From positions 40,059 to 104,058 of the forward strand of contig JBAZXD010000001.1 in NCBI GenBank assembly GCA_041660025.1: DNA of 64,000 bases, in the 5' to 3' direction. The stretch is from Minisyncoccota bacterium. Its GTDB lineage: Bacteria > Patescibacteriota > Minisyncoccia > Phycocordibacterales > Phycocordibacteraceae. This document shows, in pieces, positions 18,263-28,495 of this stretch (its first letter is position 1; the number at the start of each line of letters is the position of its first letter). The position numbers were made by a program, and so were the translations under genes. The notes beneath the pieces are model-generated. The model worked only from the letters and a program-made list of their open reading frames with translations, was not told where the DNA came from and did no database searches.

Positions 18263-20410
18263 ATGAACAGAGACTACCCGCTTGAGAAAGTCAGAAATTT
18301 CGGCATCATCGCGCACATCGACGCGGGGAAGACGACTACGTCCGAGCGCGTTCTTTTCTATACGGGTTCCCAGCACAAGATAGGCGAGGTGCACGAGGGC
18401 GAGACGACGACCGACTGGATGGAGCAGGAGCGCGAGCGCGGCATCACCATTACCGCGGCGGCCATCACCTGCTTCTGGACCAAGACCGGCGAGCCGGACA
18501 AGAAGGATACGGCGAAGAAATTCCGTTTCAACGTCATCGACACTCCCGGACACATCGACTTCACCGCCGAGGTGAAGCGCTCGATGCGCGTCCTCGACGG
18601 CGCTATCGTCGTGTTCGACGGTGTTGCAGGCGTGGAGCCGCAGTCCGAGACCAACTGGCGCTACGCCGACGAGGCGCAGGTGCCGCGCGTCTGCTTCATC
18701 AATAAGCTCGACCGCACGGGCGCCTCATTTGAGAGTTCCTACGCGAGCATTCTCGACCGGCTCTCGCCGAAGGCTATCCGTATGCAAATCCCCATCGGCG
18801 AAGAGGCGGCGCACGAGGGTTCTATCGACCTGCTCACGATGAAGGCCTATACCTTCTCGGGGAATATGGGCGAAGAGGTGACCGCGGGCGAGATCCCGAC
18901 ACATCTCCTTGAGGACGCGAAGAAATATCGTGGCGAGCTTATCGAGCGTATCGTCGAACAGGACGACGCGGCGATGGGCGCCTACCTCGAGGGTAAGGAG
19001 CCTTCGCTCGACGAGCTGAAAACAATTTTGCGCAAGGCAGTCATACATAATGAGATTTTCCCCGTCTATTGCGGTAGCGCGCTCAAGAACAAGGGCGTCC
19101 AGCTCGTGCTCGACGCCGTCGTCGACTACCTCCCGTCCCCCTTGGATCTCCCGCCCGCGACCGGCAAGAATCCGAAGACCGGCGAGCCGATCGAGCGTCA
19201 TGCCTCTGACGACGAGCCGTTCTGCGCGCTCGCCTTCAAGCTCCAGACCGATCCGTTCGTCGGCGCGCTGACCTTCTTCCGCGTCTACTCGGGCACCCTC
19301 ACCGCCGGTTCCTACGTCTATAACTCGACGACCGGCTCGAAGGAGCGCGTCGGCCGCATCGTGCGCCTCCAGGCCGACAAGCGCGAGGAAGTCGAGAAGG
19401 TATTCACCGGTGAGATCGCCGCCGCCGTTGGTCTGAAGGATACGAAGACCTCGCACACGCTCTGCGACGAGGCGAACCCGATTATGCTTGAAGAGATCAA
19501 GTTCCCCGAGCCGGTCGTGTCGCTCCGCATCGAGCCGAAGACCAAGGCCGACCAGGAGAAGATGGGCGTCGCGCTCAGGAAGCTCTCGGACGAAGACCCG
19601 ACATTCCGTATCAAGACCGACGAAGAAACCGGCGAGACTATCATCTCCGGTATGGGTGAATTGCATTTGGAAATTCTCGTGGACCGTATGAAGCGCGAGT
19701 TCAACGTCATCGCGGATGTAGGGAAGCCGCAGGTGGCGTATCGCGAGACCATTCTCGGTTCTGCCGAGGCTGAGGGCAAGTACATCAAGCAGACCGGCGG
19801 TCGCGGCCAGTACGGGCACGTGAAGATTAAGATGAAGAAGATGGAACCGGTGGACCCGGAAAAGAAGGTCGCCAAGAACATCACGCGCGAAGACCATTTC
19901 GAATTCATCAACAACATCAAAGGCGGCGTCATCCCTCAGGAATTCATCGCGCCAGTGGAGAAGGGTCTGCGCGAGGCGATGGCGCGCGGCTTCCTCGCCG
20001 GCTTCCCGATGGTCGACGTCTCCGTCGACCTCTACGACGGTTCGTACCACGACGTCGACTCCTCGGAAATCGCCTTCAAGATTGCTGCATCGATGGCCTT
20101 CCAGGAAGCGGCGGGGAGGGCGAAGGCCGTCATCCTCGAGCCGATTATGCGAGTGGAGGTTATCGTGCCGGACCAGTTTATGGGCGACATCACCGGCAAC
20201 CTCTCAGGGAAGCGCGCGCAAATAGAGGGTATGGAGGAACGCGGTATGAACAAGGTCGTGCATGCGAAGGTCCCGCTCTCCGAAATGTTCGGCTACACCA
20301 CCACGCTCCGCTCGATGACTGAGGGCCGCGGTTCGATGACCATGGAGTTTGATCATTACGACACCGTGCCGAAGAACGTTGCCGACGACATCATCGCGTC
20401 GCGTAAATAA
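18263..20410 (+). CDS. fusA: elongation factor G
   Basis: [26 protein letters not shown], all five domains. Confidence 0.98.
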   Translation: MNRDYPLEKVRNFGIIAHIDAGKTTTSERVLFYTGSQHKIGEVHEGETTTDWMEQERERGITITAAAITCFWTKTGEPDKKDTAKKFRFNVIDTPGHIDFTAEVKRSMRVLDGAIVVFDGVAGVEPQSETNWRYADEAQVPRVCFINKLDRTGASFESSYASILDRLSPKAIRMQIPIGEEAAHEGSIDLLTMKAYTFSGNMGEEVTAGEIPTHLLEDAKKYRGELIERIVEQDDAAMGAYLEGKEPSLDELKTILRKAVIHNEIFPVYCGSALKNKGVQLVLDAVVDYLPSPLDLPPATGKNPKTGEPIERHASDDEPFCALAFKLQTDPFVGALTFFRVYSGTLTAGSYVYNSTTGSKERVGRIVRLQADKREEVEKVFTGEIAAAVGLKDTKTSHTLCDEANPIMLEEIKFPEPVVSLRIEPKTKADQEKMGVALRKLSDEDPTFRIKTDEETGETIISGMGELHLEILVDRMKREFNVIADVGKPQVAYRETILGSAEAEGKYIKQTGGRGQYGHVKIKMKKMEPVDPEKKVAKNITREDHFEFINNIKGGVIPQEFIAPVEKGLREAMARGFLAGFPMVDVSVDLYDGSYHDVDSSEIAFKIAASMAFQEAAGRAKAVILEPIMRVEVIVPDQFMGDITGNLSGKRAQIEGMEERGMNKVVHAKVPLSEMFGYTTTLRSMTEGRGSMTMEFDHYDTVPKNVADDIIASRK

Positions 20411-20431
20411 CCAGGTATATACAGCATTTTA

Positions 20432-20458
20432 AACGGCTCAGACCCCGTCTGAGCCGTT
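20432..20458. terminator. hairpin downstream of fusA
   Basis: AACGGCTCAGAC-CCC-GTCTGAGCCGTT. Confidence 0.55.
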
Positions 20459-20522
20459 GGGCTTCCCCAATGTATTTTGTGGTATAGTGGCTCTCGCAGT
20501 CCTTTATTCTAGGAGGTACCAA

Positions 20523-20702
20523 ATGTCTCAAACGTTACAGAAAAGTCTCAACCTCGGCCTTACCGAGCAAATCATCTGTTCGTACTGCAATGAGAGCATT
20601 ACGGAAGAAGATGTCCACTCTGGTAAGGTGTCCACAACATTTGGCTCTCCGATGCACCAGGAGTGCGCTCTCGACAAACATTTCGATGCGTTTGAAATCT
20701 AA
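20523..20702 (+). CDS. small hypothetical protein, possible Zn finger (CxxC...HxxC)
   Basis: 59 aa with CSYC...HQEC; AGGAGGT SD; TGGTATAGT extended -10; downstream hairpin at ~20739-20762. Confidence 0.65.
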   Translation: MSQTLQKSLNLGLTEQIICSYCNESITEEDVHSGKVSTTFGSPMHQECALDKHFDAFEI

Positions 20703-20786
20703 GTGATGGGATGAAGGATTCTTTCGCTCTTTTAGTAGCGGCCGCCGATGTAATTGGCGGCCGGTTTGTTTCCCCGCTTCTCTATC

Positions 20787-20815
20787 TTGCGCTTTTATAC
20801 GAGGTCGGGTACATT
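20787..20815 (+). promoter_or_regulatory. sigma70 promoter of tuf
   Basis: TTGCGC-17 bp-TACATT. Confidence 0.55.
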
Positions 20816-20935
20816 CATAGATAACGCATCTTGGCGTCGCTCTTTGGCTTTCTGCTGTTATTAGTGGCGAGCCGGAGTGTATTTCCGACTCGGGTCGGAT
20901 TATTAATTCGTGAATTATTAATTTAACCGATTACT

Positions 20936-22135
20936 ATGGCAGAATTTAATCGTGCGAAGCCGCACATGAACGTAGGCACCATCGGCCACGTTGACCACGG
21001 CAAGACGACCCTCACTGCAGGCATCCTGCATGTGCTCTCAATGCTCACCGGCGAAGGCTACTCGGCCCGCGTCGAAGGCGTCGATAAGATCGACAGCGCG
21101 CCGGAAGAGAAGGCGCGCGGTATTACTATTGCGCTCCACCACTCGGAGTACGAGTCGCCGAATCGTCACTACGCGCACATCGACGCGCCGGGACACGCTG
21201 ACTACATCAAGAACATGATCACCGGCGCCGCCCAAATGGACGGAGCGGTGCTCGTGGTCGCTGCGACTGACGGCGTGATGCCCCAGACGCGTGAGCACAT
21301 CCTCCTTGCGAAGCAGGTGGGCCTCAAGAAGCTCATCGTCTTCCTCAACAAGGTGGATATGGTTGCCGAGGCGGACCTCATCGACCTCGTCGAAGAGGAA
21401 ATCCGCGAACTCCTCACCAAGCAGGGCTACGACGGCGCGAATACGCCGATTATCCGCGGTTCGGGCCTCAAGGCGCTCGACGCCAAGGACGTAAGCGACG
21501 AATGGGCGCAGAAGGTGAAGAGCCTCGTCGATACGATGGACACCTACTTCGACCAGCCGGAGCGCGAGGTCAACAAGCCGTTCCTGATGCCGATCGAAGA
21601 CATCTTCTCGATCGAAGGTCGCGGCACCGTGGTCACGGGCCGCATCGAGCGCGGTGTCGTGAAGGTGGGCGAGGAAGTCGAGATCGTCGGCATCAAGCCG
21701 ACGGCGAAGACGACCGTCACCGGTATCGAAATGTTCAACAAGCAGCTCACGGAGGGTATGGCAGGCGACAACGCAGGCATCCTGCTCCGCGGCACCAAGA
21801 AAGAAGACGTGCATCGCGGACAGGTCCTCTCGAAGACCGGCGCAGTTACGCCGCATACCGACTTCGACGCAGAGGTCTACATCCTTTCCAAGGACGAAGG
21901 CGGCCGTCACACGCCGTTCTTCTCCGGCTACAAGCCGCAGTTCTACATCCGCACGACGGACGTGACGGGTGAAGTGACGCTCGCGGAGGGTAAGGAGATG
22001 GTGATGCCGGGCGACACAGTCACCTTCAAGGTGAAGCTCGTCGCACCGGTCGCGCTCGAAGAGCAGCAGCGCTTCGCCATCCGCGAAGGCGGTAAGACCG
22101 TCGGCGCCGGCGTCGTGACGAAGATCACCGCCTAA
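20936..22135 (+). CDS. tuf: elongation factor Tu
   Basis: [38 protein letters not shown]. Confidence 0.98.
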   Translation: MAEFNRAKPHMNVGTIGHVDHGKTTLTAGILHVLSMLTGEGYSARVEGVDKIDSAPEEKARGITIALHHSEYESPNRHYAHIDAPGHADYIKNMITGAAQMDGAVLVVAATDGVMPQTREHILLAKQVGLKKLIVFLNKVDMVAEADLIDLVEEEIRELLTKQGYDGANTPIIRGSGLKALDAKDVSDEWAQKVKSLVDTMDTYFDQPEREVNKPFLMPIEDIFSIEGRGTVVTGRIERGVVKVGEEVEIVGIKPTAKTTVTGIEMFNKQLTEGMAGDNAGILLRGTKKEDVHRGQVLSKTGAVTPHTDFDAEVYILSKDEGGRHTPFFSGYKPQFYIRTTDVTGEVTLAEGKEMVMPGDTVTFKVKLVAPVALEEQQRFAIREGGKTVGAGVVTKITA

Positions 22136-22156
22136 GCGTTCGAGGACTAGACTCAT

Positions 22157-22567
22157 ATGGCAACAGCCACGGCAACAAAGCCAAAAGCAAAGAAGGTCGC
22201 GGTGTCGAAAGCTCCGCGGGCGAAGGTCGCAGCCAAGAAAGCTGTAGCCCCGGCCCCGGCAGAGCACAAGCTCCGCATCCGCGTCCGCGCGTATGAGCAT
22301 AAGATCCTCGACCTCTCGGTGAAGCAGATTATGGACACCGCCGCGCGCTTCGACGCCGTCGTCGTCGGCCCCGTGCCGCTCCCGACCGAGATCAAGCGCT
22401 GGACGGTGAACCGCTCGACTTTCGTCTACAAGGACGCGCGCGAGCAGTTCGAGATGCGCATCCATAAGCGCCTCATCGATATCCTGAACCCCTCGCCGAA
22501 GGTGATAGAGGCCCTCACGAATCTCAACCTTCCCTCGGGAGTCACGATAGATGTGAAAATGGTTTAA
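22157..22567 (+). CDS. rpsJ: 30S ribosomal protein uS10 (Lys/Ala-rich N-terminal extension)
   Basis: GPVPLPT, AREQFEMRIHKRLIDI. Confidence 0.97.
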   Translation: MATATATKPKAKKVAVSKAPRAKVAAKKAVAPAPAEHKLRIRVRAYEHKILDLSVKQIMDTAARFDAVVVGPVPLPTEIKRWTVNRSTFVYKDAREQFEMRIHKRLIDILNPSPKVIEALTNLNLPSGVTIDVKMV

Positions 22568-22581
22568 CAAAGACGACCAAG

Positions 22582-22617
22582 AAAAGCGAAACCGCCCATT
22601 TGGGCGGTTTCGCTTTT
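22582..22617 (+). terminator. intrinsic terminator after rpsJ
   Basis: AAAAGCGAAACCGCCCA-TT-TGGGCGGTTTCGCTTTT. Confidence 0.85.
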
Positions 22618-22618
22618 C

Positions 22619-22647
22619 TTGCATCTTTTTGCCACCTCGTGTAGAGT
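22619..22647 (+). promoter_or_regulatory. internal promoter before rplC
   Basis: TTGCAT-17 bp-TAGAGT. Confidence 0.5.
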
Positions 22648-22724
22648 AGCCGAATCGCTATGTCCCATTGGGGACCTCCAGCACATCGCGCCCAGCGATT
22701 GCTGTGGCGCGATTTGCATACACA

Positions 22725-23339
22725 ATGAAATTCATCCTCGCCAAGAAAGAAAAGATGACCCGTATCTTCACGGCGGACGGCCTTGCGCATGCGGGGACTA
22801 TTCTTGTTACCGACCCTATCACGGTGACGCAGGTCAAGACGAAGGACGGCAAGGATGCCTACGCGGCTATCCAGGTCGGCCAGGGCGTGCGCAAGACGAA
22901 GAACATCAGCAAGTCGGTCTTGGGTCATACGAAAGGCAAAGGGTATGAAGCCATTCGCGAATTCAGAACTGACGAGACGGCGGAAGTCGGCAGCACCATC
23001 GACGCATCGGTGTTCGCCGTCGGCGACACGGTGCAGGTTTCCGGTCTTACGAAGGGTAAGGGCTTCGCGGGGGTCGTAAAGCGTCACGGTTTCCACGGCG
23101 GCCCGCGTTCTCACGGACAGAAGCACACCGAGCGCTCCCCGGGCTCTATCGGCGGCGGTGGCGGTCGTGCGGGCGGTCGCGTTGCCAAGGGTATGCGCAT
23201 GGCCGGTCGTATGGGCACTGACCGCGTAACCGTCACGAACCTCAAAGTGCTTGTGGTCGACGTGGCGGCAGGTAAGATCATCGTCAGTGGCGCGGTGCCG
23301 GGCCGTCGCGGTACCCTGCTTGAGGTCGTCTCTGCATAA
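22725..23339 (+). CDS. rplC: 50S ribosomal protein uL3
   Basis: TKGKGFAGVVKRHGF, GMRMAGRMG; ATG at 22725. Confidence 0.97.
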   Translation: MKFILAKKEKMTRIFTADGLAHAGTILVTDPITVTQVKTKDGKDAYAAIQVGQGVRKTKNISKSVLGHTKGKGYEAIREFRTDETAEVGSTIDASVFAVGDTVQVSGLTKGKGFAGVVKRHGFHGGPRSHGQKHTERSPGSIGGGGGRAGGRVAKGMRMAGRMGTDRVTVTNLKVLVVDVAAGKIIVSGAVPGRRGTLLEVVSA

Positions 23340-23349
23340 TTTTCATACT

Positions 23350-24069
23350 ATGACTACTGCTAAAAAGATAACGAAGAAGGTGAAGAAGGAATACGTCCCG
23401 GTCGAGGCGGCTATCTTCTCTATGGCGGGCGAGAAGGTCGGGAGCATCTCGCTTCCCGAGAGCATCTTCGGCGCGCCGTGGCGGAGCGACCTCGTACATC
23501 AGGTCACGACCGCGATGCAGGCCAATCTCCGTCAAAATCGCGCACACACGAAGGACCGCGCCGAGGTCTCGGGCGGCGGCAAGAAGCCCTGGAAGCAGAA
23601 GGGCACCGGCCAGGCACGTCACAGTTCCACACGTTCGCCGATCTGGCGCCACGGCGGCATCACCTTCGGTCCGCGCTCGGAGCGTGACTACAGCGAGAAG
23701 ATCAACAAGAAGATGCGTATCGGCGCACTCCTCTCGGTGCTCTCGCGGAAGGCAAAAGAAGGTGAGATTATTTTCGTCGACGAATTTACGTTCGGCGCAC
23801 CCTCGACGGCAGAAGCGAAGTCCGCGCTTGCGAAGCTCGCTAAGGGTTCAGGCGCGGAGCAGTTGGTGACGAAGAAAAAGAATGCCGCGCTCCTCGCACT
23901 CGCCACCTACAACGTGAGCGCGATAAAGAGCTTCCATAACTTCGGGAATGTGATGACCGAAGAGATGCGTAGCCTCAACCCGGTCGACGTGCTCTCGCAC
24001 AAGTATCTCATCATCGAGAAGCCGGAGGCGGCGTTCAAAGCACTCATTGCCCGCGCGAAGTCTAAATAA
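23350..24069 (+). CDS. rplD: 50S ribosomal protein uL4
   Basis: TKDRAEVSGGGKKPWKQKGTG, SPIWRHGGITFGP. Confidence 0.97.
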   Translation: MTTAKKITKKVKKEYVPVEAAIFSMAGEKVGSISLPESIFGAPWRSDLVHQVTTAMQANLRQNRAHTKDRAEVSGGGKKPWKQKGTGQARHSSTRSPIWRHGGITFGPRSERDYSEKINKKMRIGALLSVLSRKAKEGEIIFVDEFTFGAPSTAEAKSALAKLAKGSGAEQLVTKKKNAALLALATYNVSAIKSFHNFGNVMTEEMRSLNPVDVLSHKYLIIEKPEAAFKALIARAKSK

Positions 24070-24075
24070 ATCACT

Positions 24076-24441
24076 ATGGCACTCTTCGGCACCACAAAGA
24101 AAATAAAGAAGGAGGCGGTCGTGCGTAAGCACCGTGCGCGCACCGCGCCGTCTGTAGGAGGTACTGCGCACGAGATCATCCGCGCGCCGTGGTTCTCCGA
24201 GAAAGCGCTGATGGCGACCGAGAAGGGCGTATACGCTTTCGCTGTGCCTGAGCGCGCGACGAAGGCGCAGATCGCCGGCGCCATCAAGGAGATCTACAAT
24301 GTCGAACCGAGGAAGATCCGCATCGTGAATCTGCCCGGCAAGCCCAAGGCAATGCGCACCAAGCGCGGCATCGGCCACCGCGCCGCGCGGCGTAAGGCGT
24401 ACGTGTACCTGAACAAAGGCGACACGATTCAGTTTGCCTAA
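24076..24441 (+). CDS. rplW: 50S ribosomal protein uL23
   Basis: PWFSEKA...ATKAQIAGAIKEIYNV...KAYVYL; operon position. Confidence 0.95.
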   Translation: MALFGTTKKIKKEAVVRKHRARTAPSVGGTAHEIIRAPWFSEKALMATEKGVYAFAVPERATKAQIAGAIKEIYNVEPRKIRIVNLPGKPKAMRTKRGIGHRAARRKAYVYLNKGDTIQFA

Positions 24442-24450
24442 TATTTCCGT

Positions 24451-25299
24451 ATGAAAACGTACAAACCAACTTCCAAGAGCCGCCGCCACATGACCACGCT
24501 TCCGTACAAGGAGCTCCTTTCCGGCCATGCGCCGCACAAGCCCCTGCTCAAGAAGAAGAGTAGCCAGGGCGGCCGGAACGCCTTCGGGCGCATCACCACC
24601 CGGCATCAGGGCGGCGGGCACAAGAAGCGCTTCCGCGACGTGGACTTCTCCTACAACAAGAAGAACATCCCGGCGAAGATCGAGACCGTCGAATACGATC
24701 CGTTCCGCAGTGCCTTCATTGGGCTCGCGCTGTATCGCGACGGCGAGCGCCGCTATGTCATCCTGCCGAAAGAGATGAAGGTCGGCAGTTCGTTCGTCGT
24801 CGGAGAGGATGCACCGCTCACGATTGGCAATCGCCTCCCGCTCGGGAAGATACCGGTCGGTACATTTATCTACAATATCGAGCTCCAGCCGGCCGCAGGC
24901 GCCATTCTCGTCCGCTCCGCAGGCAACTTCGCCGAGGTGGTCGCGCACGACGCCGGCTACGCGCAGGTGAAGCTCCCCTCGACCGAGATCCGCAAGGTCT
25001 CCGACCTCTGCTACGCTTCTATCGGCGCGGTGGGCAATGAGGAATACAACCTCGTCGTTATCGGTAAGGCAGGCCGCTCCCGCTGGATGGGCATCCGCCC
25101 GACCGTTCGCGGTACCGCGATGAACCCGGTTGACCATCCGCACGGCGGCGGCGAGGGCAAGCAGGGTCGCGGTCTCCGGCGCGCGAAGAGCAAGTGGGGC
25201 AAGCCCACCGGCAAGGGACAGAAGACCCGTACGCCGAAGAAGTACAGCAACGTCTTTATCGTTTCTCGCCGCAAGGTCGGCAAGAAGCGTAAGGGATAA
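24451..25299 (+). CDS. rplB: 50S ribosomal protein uL2
   Basis: GRITTRHQGGGHK, RGTAMNPVDHPHGGGEG. Confidence 0.98.
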   Translation: MKTYKPTSKSRRHMTTLPYKELLSGHAPHKPLLKKKSSQGGRNAFGRITTRHQGGGHKKRFRDVDFSYNKKNIPAKIETVEYDPFRSAFIGLALYRDGERRYVILPKEMKVGSSFVVGEDAPLTIGNRLPLGKIPVGTFIYNIELQPAAGAILVRSAGNFAEVVAHDAGYAQVKLPSTEIRKVSDLCYASIGAVGNEEYNLVVIGKAGRSRWMGIRPTVRGTAMNPVDHPHGGGEGKQGRGLRRAKSKWGKPTGKGQKTRTPKKYSNVFIVSRRKVGKKRKG

Positions 25300-25319
25300 T
25301 TTCACAAATCAGGCACACA

Positions 25320-25342
25320 AAGCCCCGCGAAAGCGGGGCTTT
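25320..25342 (+). terminator. intrinsic terminator after rplB
   Basis: AAGCCCCGC-GAAA-GCGGGGCTTT. Confidence 0.75.
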
Positions 25343-25442
25343 GCTTAGGTAAGCTGCGCAGAAAAGTAGGACACATTGAAAACCCTATTTGTCAAAGTTC
25401 TGGAATCGCCCAGGATTTATGAGGGTGTTTTGGAACGGTAGT

Positions 25443-25471
25443 TTGACTTCGCAATCGCCTTCGTGTATCTT
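25443..25471 (+). promoter_or_regulatory. internal promoter before rpsS
   Basis: TTGACT-17 bp-TATCTT. Confidence 0.6.
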
Positions 25472-25508
25472 TGAGCTATCCCGCTGTGCGGGCTTTTCAT
25501 TACTTTTT

Positions 25509-25859
25509 ATGCCACGCTCACTTAAGAAAGGACCCTTCGTGGACGTCAAACTCCTGAAGAAGGTCGCCAATGCGAAACCGGCAACCGCCGGCGTAATAAA
25601 CACGTGGGCGCGCCGGAGCCAGATAAGCCCCGAGATGATCGGATTTACCTTCGGCGTCCACAACGGCAAGTCGCACGTCGAAGTGCTTGTGAACGAGGAT
25701 ATGGTGGGACACCGCCTCGGCGAGTTCTCGCCGACGAAGAAGTTCCTCCGCCACGGCGGTAAGATGCAGAAGGAGTTGGAGGCGAAGAAGCAGGAGGCTG
25801 AGATCGCCTCGGCGAAGGCCGCGAAGGCTCCGGCCGCCGCCGCACCCGCGAAGAAATAA
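25509..25859 (+). CDS. rpsS: 30S ribosomal protein uS19
   Basis: [24 protein letters not shown]. Confidence 0.97.
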   Translation: MPRSLKKGPFVDVKLLKKVANAKPATAGVINTWARRSQISPEMIGFTFGVHNGKSHVEVLVNEDMVGHRLGEFSPTKKFLRHGGKMQKELEAKKQEAEIASAKAAKAPAAAAPAKK

Positions 25860-25862
25860 TAT

Positions 25863-26210
25863 ATGGCACGCGCAACACTCAAGAGCCATAACCAGACCCC
25901 GCGCAAAGTCCGTCTCGTCACGGACCGCGTGAAGGGTAAGAAGGTGTCGGTGGCGCTCGCGGAGCTCGAGTTCCTCCCGAAGCGCGCCTCGGAGACTATC
26001 GTGAAGCTCATCCGTAGCGCGGCCGCGAACGCGAAGGAGCGCGGCGAGAACGTTGACGATCTTATGGTGCAGTCGATCATCGTCGAGAACGCCGGTATGC
26101 TGAAGAAGTATATGCCGCGCGCGTTCGGCCGTGCCTCGATGATCCGCCGCCGGAAGAGTCGCGTGCTCGTAACGCTCGCCCCTATGGCGTCGAAGAAGAA
26201 GGCCAAATAA
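25863..26210 (+). CDS. rplV: 50S ribosomal protein uL22
   Basis: PRKVRLV, SAAANA, PRAFGRA. Confidence 0.96.
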   Translation: MARATLKSHNQTPRKVRLVTDRVKGKKVSVALAELEFLPKRASETIVKLIRSAAANAKERGENVDDLMVQSIIVENAGMLKKYMPRAFGRASMIRRRKSRVLVTLAPMASKKKAK

Positions 26211-26215
26211 ATTTT

Positions 26216-26917
26216 ATGACACACATCGTACATCCGTATGCGCATCGTCTCGGCATCATCCGGGACTGGAAGAGCCGTTGGTTCGCCGGCGATAAGAAGA
26301 GTTATCGCGAGAACATCAAGGTCGATGAGACGATTCGCCGTTTCCTCACCAAGCGCCTGCGCGGCACCTATACGAGCGGTATCGAGATCGAGCGCTCGGC
26401 AAACGAGCTGCGCGTCATCCTCTCGACGGCGCGCCCCGGGCTCGTCATCGGCCGTTCCGGTGAGAACGCGGTAAAACTGCGCAAGGAGCTCTCCGACGAA
26501 GTCCGTAAAGTCGCCTCAGGAGACCGTCGCGTACTGAAATTCGATATCAATGAGATACGCCAACCGGAGACCGACGCGGCGGTCGTCGCATATATGATCG
26601 CCGAGGGGCTCGAGAAACGAATGCCGTTCCGCCGCGTGCTGAAGCAGACGATCGAGAAGGTCATCGCCGCCCGTGAGGTCGAGGGCGTGCGCATTGCGAT
26701 CTCGGGCCGCCTCGGCGGCGCGGAGATGAGCCGCAAGGAGGAGCTCAAGAAGGGCCGCATCCCGCTCCAGACCTTCCGCGCGGACATCGATTTCGCGCAC
26801 GAGCAGGCCTACCTGCCCTATGGTGTCATCGGCATCAAGGTGTGGATCTACCGTGGCAACGTGTACCAGGACAAGAAGACGAAGGTAGCGCTGCCCGAGA
26901 GCGCGCCGCGCGGATAA
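26216..26917 (+). CDS. rpsC: 30S ribosomal protein uS3
   Basis: RPGLVIGRSG, GRLGGAEMSR, PLQTFRADID, YGVIGIKVWI. Confidence 0.98.
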   Translation: MTHIVHPYAHRLGIIRDWKSRWFAGDKKSYRENIKVDETIRRFLTKRLRGTYTSGIEIERSANELRVILSTARPGLVIGRSGENAVKLRKELSDEVRKVASGDRRVLKFDINEIRQPETDAAVVAYMIAEGLEKRMPFRRVLKQTIEKVIAAREVEGVRIAISGRLGGAEMSRKEELKKGRIPLQTFRADIDFAHEQAYLPYGVIGIKVWIYRGNVYQDKKTKVALPESAPRG

Positions 26918-26926
26918 TATTTTCGT

Positions 26927-27349
26927 ATGTTGTTTCCCAAGAAAGTAAAACATCGCAAGTGGCAGACTCAGCGCAAGAGCGAGAAGCGCTTGAACCGTCC
27001 CGAGACGCGCGGCATTACCGTTGTATTCGGCTCGTTCGCGCTCAAGGCGCTCTCGAGCGCCCGAGTGACGAGCAACCAGATCGAGGCGGCGCGCAAGGTG
27101 CTCACGCGCGCGACCGCGAAGACCGGCAAGCTCTGGATCCGCATTTTCCCGGACCGTCCGGTGACCGCGAAGCCGGCGGAGGTGGGTATGGGTAGCGGTA
27201 AAGGCGACCCGAAGCACTACGTCTTCGAGGTGCGCCCCGGGCGCATCCTCTTCGAGCTCGACGGCGTGGCCGAGGACGTTGCGCGCGCGCATTTGCGGCA
27301 GGCGGGGATGAAGCTCCCGGTCAAGACATCGATCGTCACGCGCCAGTAA
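26927..27349 (+). CDS. rplP: 50S ribosomal protein uL16
   Basis: WIRIFPDRPVTAKPAEVGMGSGKG. Confidence 0.98.
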   Translation: MLFPKKVKHRKWQTQRKSEKRLNRPETRGITVVFGSFALKALSSARVTSNQIEAARKVLTRATAKTGKLWIRIFPDRPVTAKPAEVGMGSGKGDPKHYVFEVRPGRILFELDGVAEDVARAHLRQAGMKLPVKTSIVTRQ

Positions 27350-27371
27350 TAATTGCTTTTTTACGATTTCT

Positions 27372-27572
27372 ATGACAAAAAAGGATGTAATGGCCACGAA
27401 GACTGATCAGGAGCTCTCGAAGCTCCTCGCTGACACGCGCGCGACGCTCCGCACCGAGCGCTTCTCGGCTGCCGGCGCACGCGCGAAGGACTCTAATGCG
27501 CCGCGCAAGCTCCGTACCCTTATCGCCCGCGTGCTCACCGAACAGCATGCTCGTGCCCTGAAGGCCGCATAA
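27372..27572 (+). CDS. rpmC: 50S ribosomal protein uL29
   Basis: Size, position, LRTLIARVLT. Confidence 0.9.
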   Translation: MTKKDVMATKTDQELSKLLADTRATLRTERFSAAGARAKDSNAPRKLRTLIARVLTEQHARALKAA

Positions 27573-27577
27573 CTACT

Positions 27578-27853
27578 ATGGAAACAAAAACCCTCCGCCC
27601 CCAGACATTCGTCGGCGTCGTCGTGAAGACGGCGATGAAGGACACTGCCACGGTCAAGGTCGACCGCTATGTGAAGAACGCGAAATACAAGAAGTATTTC
27701 GTGCGCTCGAAGAAGTATCTCGCGCACGATCCGGGTAATACGGTCGCGGTCGGCGACACGGTGACGATCGTCGCGACGCGCCCCATCTCGAAGTTGAAGC
27801 GTTTTGCCATCGATCCGACGAAGACCGTCCGTGCGGAGAACGGCGCCGAATAA
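27578..27853 (+). CDS. rpsQ: 30S ribosomal protein uS17
   Basis: GVVVKTAMKDT, KKYLAHD, TRPISKLKRF. Confidence 0.96.
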   Translation: METKTLRPQTFVGVVVKTAMKDTATVKVDRYVKNAKYKKYFVRSKKYLAHDPGNTVAVGDTVTIVATRPISKLKRFAIDPTKTVRAENGAE

Positions 27854-27856
27854 TAT

Positions 27857-28234
27857 ATGTTGCAGCCCCAATCCATCGTTACTGTGGCAGATAATTCCGG
27901 CGGCACCGTCGCGCGGATCTTCAAGGTGCTCGGCGGGAGCAAGCGCCGCTATGCGGAGATAGGGGACGTGGTCGTTGTTTCCATCCAGACCGCGGCTCCG
28001 CGAAAGGCGGTGAAGAAGAAGGACATCTTCCGCGCGGTCGTCGTACGGCAGGTCAAGCCGTTCGGCCGCAAGGACGGTTCGTACCTGCGCTTTGATGAGA
28101 ACGCGGTCGTGCTCATCGAGAAGCAGGGTAAGGAGATGGCACCGAAAGGGAACCGCATCTTCGGCCCGGTGCCCCGCGAGCTCTCCGAGCGAGGCTGGCA
28201 CAACATCGTGGCGCTCGCGCCTGAAGTCGTCTAA
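27857..28234 (+). CDS. rplN: 50S ribosomal protein uL14
   Basis: VADNSG, FDENAVV, RIFGPVPREL, LAPEVV. Confidence 0.98.
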   Translation: MLQPQSIVTVADNSGGTVARIFKVLGGSKRRYAEIGDVVVVSIQTAAPRKAVKKKDIFRAVVVRQVKPFGRKDGSYLRFDENAVVLIEKQGKEMAPKGNRIFGPVPRELSERGWHNIVALAPEVV

Positions 28235-28244
28235 TTTTTCTCAT

Positions 28245-28493
28245 ATGCATATCAAAAAAGGCGACAAGGTAAAGGTAATAACGGGCAAGGATAAAGGCAC
28301 GACCGGTGTTGTCCTGCGTGCGCTCCCGCGCGCGGACAAAGTGATCGTCGAGGGCGTCGCGCTCTACAAGCGCCATATGAAGGGCACGGCGGGGAAGGTC
28401 GGGCGCATCATCGAGAAGTCCCGCCCGGTGCACGTGTCGAACGTCGCACTCGTTTCGAAAGAGAAGATCAAATCCGCGCTTGACGCAAAATAA
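28245..28493 (+). CDS. rplX: 50S ribosomal protein uL24
   Basis: KOW motif IKKGDKVKVITGKDKG, PVHVSNVAL. Confidence 0.96.
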   Translation: MHIKKGDKVKVITGKDKGTTGVVLRALPRADKVIVEGVALYKRHMKGTAGKVGRIIEKSRPVHVSNVALVSKEKIKSALDAK

Positions 28494-28495
28494 TT

